Source: Eledone cirrhosa
Lineage: Eukaryota
Length of the DNA: 64,000 bases
NCBI GenBank assembly: GCA_964016885.1
Contig: OZ024742.1
Location: 199,268,001-199,332,000 of the forward strand
Reading direction: 5' to 3'
Part shown: piece by piece, positions 59,862-64,000 of the stretch
How positions within the stretch are numbered: the stretch's first letter is position 1
How the letters are laid out: the number at the start of each line of letters is the position of its first letter
Made by a program: the position numbers and the translations under genes
The notes under the pieces: model-generated
Told to the model about the DNA's origin: nothing
The model's database searches: none
The model's input: the letters and a program-made list of their open reading frames with translations, nothing else

Positions 59862-62624
59862 CATCATCATCATCATCACCGTTTTACGTCCGTTCTTCCA
59901 CGCTAGCATGGGTTAGACGGGTTGTCCTGTTGTGGGCAGTGTCTGGTCGGCTGACCATGCCTTGCTCATACAGGAACTGATCTGGCTTGATTTCTACAGC
60001 TGGATGCCCTTCCTAACACCAACCTCATTTACAGTGAGTGCTGGGTGCTTTTTCGTGGCGCCTACACGTCCACTTTACAGTGTGGGCTGGGTGCTTTTTT
60101 GCCGTGGCACCTCCACGACCACCTTGCGGTGGGGGGGGGGCATATTGTTTATATGCTTCAGCATGTACCCATGGGAGGTCGGGTACCCTGTATTACTGCG
60201 TGACGCCAGAAGTCACGGTCGTGTGTCATTGACTTTGAGAGGTGTAGTTGGGTAAGGTCGGCTTTTATCACCTCATCCCAAGTCATCTTGGGTCTCCCCA
60301 CTCCGCGGTTTCCATCAACTTCTAGTGCTCTGCACTTTTTTATGCAGCTGTCATCCTTCATACACATCACATGTCCATACCAGCGTAACCGCCTCTCCTG
60401 CACGCAGCATTTGATTCCTCTTATGCTCAGTCTCTCTCTCAATTCATTTATGCTTTGTCGTTCACGTATATTACTGTTACACATCCATCGGAGCATGCAG
60501 GCTTCGTTTCTCTCTAATCTACGTAAGTCTTCCACCTTCAGCGCCCAGGTCTCACTACCATGCAACATCGCTGTTCGGATACACGCATCATACAGTCTGC
60601 CTTTCATTCTGAGGGAGAAGCCTTTTGCAGCTAGCAGTGGTAGTAGTTCCCTAAACTTCTTCCATCCCGTTCTTACCCTAGTTATTGTACTTTCTGAGCA
60701 CCCACCTCCGTTGCTAATTCGGTCACCTAGGTAGCAGAAGCTGTCTACTGTTTCTACAGGGCCCTCCCAGAGATTGGTGGTACTTGTTTCCTGTGGCTGT
60801 TTGCTTGCTGTTTCAGCACAGCTGCTGCATGTGAATCCTACATTCTTAATTAAGCTTCCTGAGATCCCGCTACATCTCTTGTGTACCCATTGTTTGCATT
60901 TGGGGCAAAGAATGGAGTTCCTACCTACACCTTTCCTACATACTGAGCAAGGCCATTTCCCTGAGGGGATCTGGGTTCTGTTTTCTCGTCTACTTATAAG
61001 GACCTTAGTCTTTGTCATGTTGACTTTGAGGCCCTTTCTCTCTAGTCCCTGCTTCCAGGTTTGGAATTTATTCTCTAGTTCTACCATAGATTCAGCTATG
61101 AGTGCGAGGTCATCAGCATACAGGAGTTCCCATGGGCATCCGGTCTTAAACTCCTCCGTTATTGCCTGCAGGACTATGATGAACAGGAGAGGGCTAAGAA
61201 CAGAGCCCTGGTGGACCCCAACCTGTACGCTAAATTCCTCGCTATACTCATTGCCAATCCTAACTTTGCTGACTGCTCCCCTATACATGGCTTGTACCGC
61301 TTTCACAAGCCATTCATCTACTCCTAGTTTTCTAAGAGCCCACCAGATTACTGCACGTGGAACTCTGTCAAAGGCTTTCTCAAGGTCGACAAATGCCAAG
61401 TAGAGTGGCTTACTTTTAGCTAGGTACTTTTCCTGTAATTGCCTCACAAGGAAGAGCGCATCAGTGGTGCCTTTCCCTGGAACAAACCCAAATTGCATCT
61501 CGTCTATATTCACCCGGTCCCTAATCAGCTGTGCTATAACTCTTTCTGTTACTTTCATGACCTGGTCCATCAACTTTATACCTCTATAGTTTCCTCTATC
61601 TAGTGCATCGCCTTTACCTTTGTAGCAGTTGACAATGATGCTACTGCACCAATCTTTTGGTATGGCCCCCTCTAGTATTACCTGGTTAACGATACGTGTG
61701 GTTATAGTGTGACCTACAGACCCAGATGCCTTCAGCATCTCGGCAGCTATACCCGATGGACCGGTTGCCTTCCCTATCTTCATATCTCTGATTGCCTTAC
61801 TTACTACGCTGCCGCTGACTTGTACTGCTGGTCCCTCTATAGGGTCTACGTGGGGTAGGGTCTCTTCTTCCCATGCATTCTCCTCATTTAGTAATCTATC
61901 ATAATGACTCTTCCATGCATCTTTCTTCTCAGCACTTGTGAGGGCAAGCTCACCTTTATCATTCCGGATACACTTCTCTCCAATGACATCACAACTATCT
62001 CTGACACACTGCCTCGCAATCTTGAATACCTCCTGTTTCTGGTCCTCACGTTGTAAAACATGCTTGAATTTTCTATCCTCTGCTTCCCTCCTAGCTAAGT
62101 ATACTTGTCGCCTAGCTTCCCTCTTGGTCTCTATGTAATGTACCCTGCTCCCCCCGTTCTTCCATTCTTTCCATGCCTGTCTCTTGGCCTTGACTGCTTC
62201 ATCTACCTTATTGTTCCACCACCAAGTCACTCTCCTCCTGCTTGAGGTCTTACTCCAGCCACAAACCTCATCCGTCGCCTCTAGTAAGTTATTTTTTAGG
62301 AACTCCCAGTTCTCTTCTACGTTAAATGTCTCTATCTGTTCTTCTTTACTGTCGTAGGCGTTGAGTAAAATATCTTTAAATCTGTTACTGGTTGAGGGGA
62401 CTTTCAGCTTCCAGATCTTTCTTCTCCAGGTTGGCCTCTGTTTCAGGGCTCGTCTAGTTCTGACCGTGAGGTCGCTGACAACTAAGCTATGTTGGGATGT
62501 ACATTCCTCACTAGGGAAGGCTTTTGTGTTTACGACCGTCCATCTGTCACGTCCTCTGATGAGGATAAAATCTAACTGACTAGAGTGCTCCCCTGATCTA
62601 TAGGTGATCAGGTGGTTGTCGGGT
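59862..62624 (-). mobile_element. Young 5'-truncated RTE LINE with an uninterrupted ORF (end of APE, RT, PHD-like insert)
   Basis: ORF 60158-62704: [61 protein letters not shown]; the first ~26 aa come from the flanking microsatellite; (TGA)n tail. Confidence 0.97.
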
Positions 62625-62747
62625 TTATATATAGGTATATATATATATATATAGATATATATATATAAAGGTATATATATATATAGCCGTCCAAACCCAT
62701 GCAAGCGTGGAAGATGGACGTTAAACGATGATGATGATGATGATAGG

Positions 62748-62819
62748 TATATATATATATATGTATATATATTTGTATATATATGTATATATATATGTAT
62801 ATATATATATATGTATATG

Positions 62820-62869
<50 letters not shown>

Positions 62870-63157
62870 TCTATATATATATATGTATATATGTATATAT
62901 ATATATGTATATATATGTATATATATATATGTATATATATGTATATTTATATATGTATATATATGTATATTTATATATGTATATATATGTATATATATAT
63001 ATGTATATATATGTATATATATATGTATATATATATATGTATATATATGTATATATATATATGTATATATATGTATATTTATATATGTATATATATGTAT
63101 ATATATATATGTATATATATGTATATATATATGTATATTTATATATGTATATATATG

Positions 63158-63189
<32 letters not shown>

Positions 63190-63320
63190 TATGTATGTAT
63201 ATATGTATGTATATATATATGTATATATATATATATATATATGTATGTATATATATATGTATATATATATATATATATATGTATGTATATATGTATGTAT
63301 ATATATATGTATATATATAT
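62748..63320. repeat. TA/TATG microsatellite
   Basis: Read directly. Confidence 0.95.
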
Positions 63321-64000
63321 ATTGTTATACTTTGGGAGGGTCATGTTGCCAATAAGAAACACACGCACCAGTTGCTTTCACTTCAATCTATTATAATAAA
63401 TTTATACATTTAGGAATTTATAAATTTCTGGTTGGTTGGTTGGTTTCACAACCAGATAGTTGTTTATATATTGTCAAAGTTCTTTCGTCACACATTCTGT
63501 GACCTCTTCAGTGACTGGGGATTCTTTTCTTTGTTTTTGTGCCTCTCCTTTGTTCTGTCCTACGCCAATTTGTTTCTGTGTGTGTGTTGTGTGCTCAGTC
63601 TGCGCATGCGCCACATCCGGGTGTCTGTGTGTGTTTATATTCGTTTATTTATTTGTTTATTTACATGTTACCGGTTGGTTGTTTGTTCTATGTGCGTGTG
63701 TGTTTTCATTTTGTCCTTAATTGTAAGTTGTGATGTTGCTGTTCCACTCATATTTTCTATTTAATTTTGGTTGTAATTCTTTTATGTTTATTGCCTCTGC
63801 GATTTGTCTAAACATTGCGTCTTTTCTGTGTGTAGATTCTATTTTTATTTCTATGTTCTCTAATTTACCCTTATGTTCTATTTTAGCATGTTGGTAGAGT
63901 ACAGATGATTCTTTACTATCTTGAAGGTCTCGCCAGTGTTCATTTATCCGTTCCCCTACACTACGAGCTGTCTCACCTATGTACACTATATTTTTGTCTC
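63320..64000 (-). mobile_element. Penelope-like element 3' end: GIY-YIG endonuclease C-terminus plus pLTR (continues past the window)
   Basis: ORF 63717-63986 VYIGETARSVGERINEH...SVLYQH...RQIAEAINIKELQPKLNRK; the downstream pLTR carries a hammerhead. Confidence 0.93.
63473..63515 (-). ncRNA. Minimal type I hammerhead ribozyme in the Penelope pLTR
   Basis: GUCA-CUGAAGA-g-GUCACA(gaaug)UGUGAC-GAAA-G(aa)C-UU-UGAC, same strand as the GIY-YIG ORF. Confidence 0.85.

Noticed and set aside
60288-62579. Plus-strand ORFs of 66-209 aa (also minus-strand ORFs over 4914-5470)
   Set aside because: Antisense shadows of the RTE coding frame

Overview
Eukaryotic, AT-rich, repeat-dense genomic DNA. The repeat content (RTE LINEs, tRNA-derived SINEs with RTE-type tails, long TA/TATG microsatellites) suggests an octopod cephalopod, which is inference only. 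The window is dominated by one multi-exon gene on the + strand, UBE4B/UFD2A (U-box ubiquitin conjugation factor E4 B). I traced 24 GT-AG exons by hand from 10711 to the stop at 51696. Their phases join into one open frame of about 1065 codons, and the canonical first coding exon(s) are not visible. Introns and flanks contain a near-complete sense-oriented piggyBac, several RTE LINEs, CRE-like and I/R1-like LINE fragments, a Penelope-like element, hAT/mariner/TTAA MITEs, Helitron-like pieces, SINEs and two tRNA pseudogenes. The leads most worth following are: (1) minimal hammerhead ribozymes in inverted Penelope pLTRs; (2) the intronic piggyBac with an in-frame acceptor 6 nt before its ATG, a possible UBE4B-transposase exon trap; (3) a recurrent pseudoknot-like motif in RTE UTRs and SINEs; (4) splicing oddities in UBE4B; (5) RTE proteins carrying a PHD finger or three C2H2 fingers. 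All coordinates were read by eye and no searches were run.
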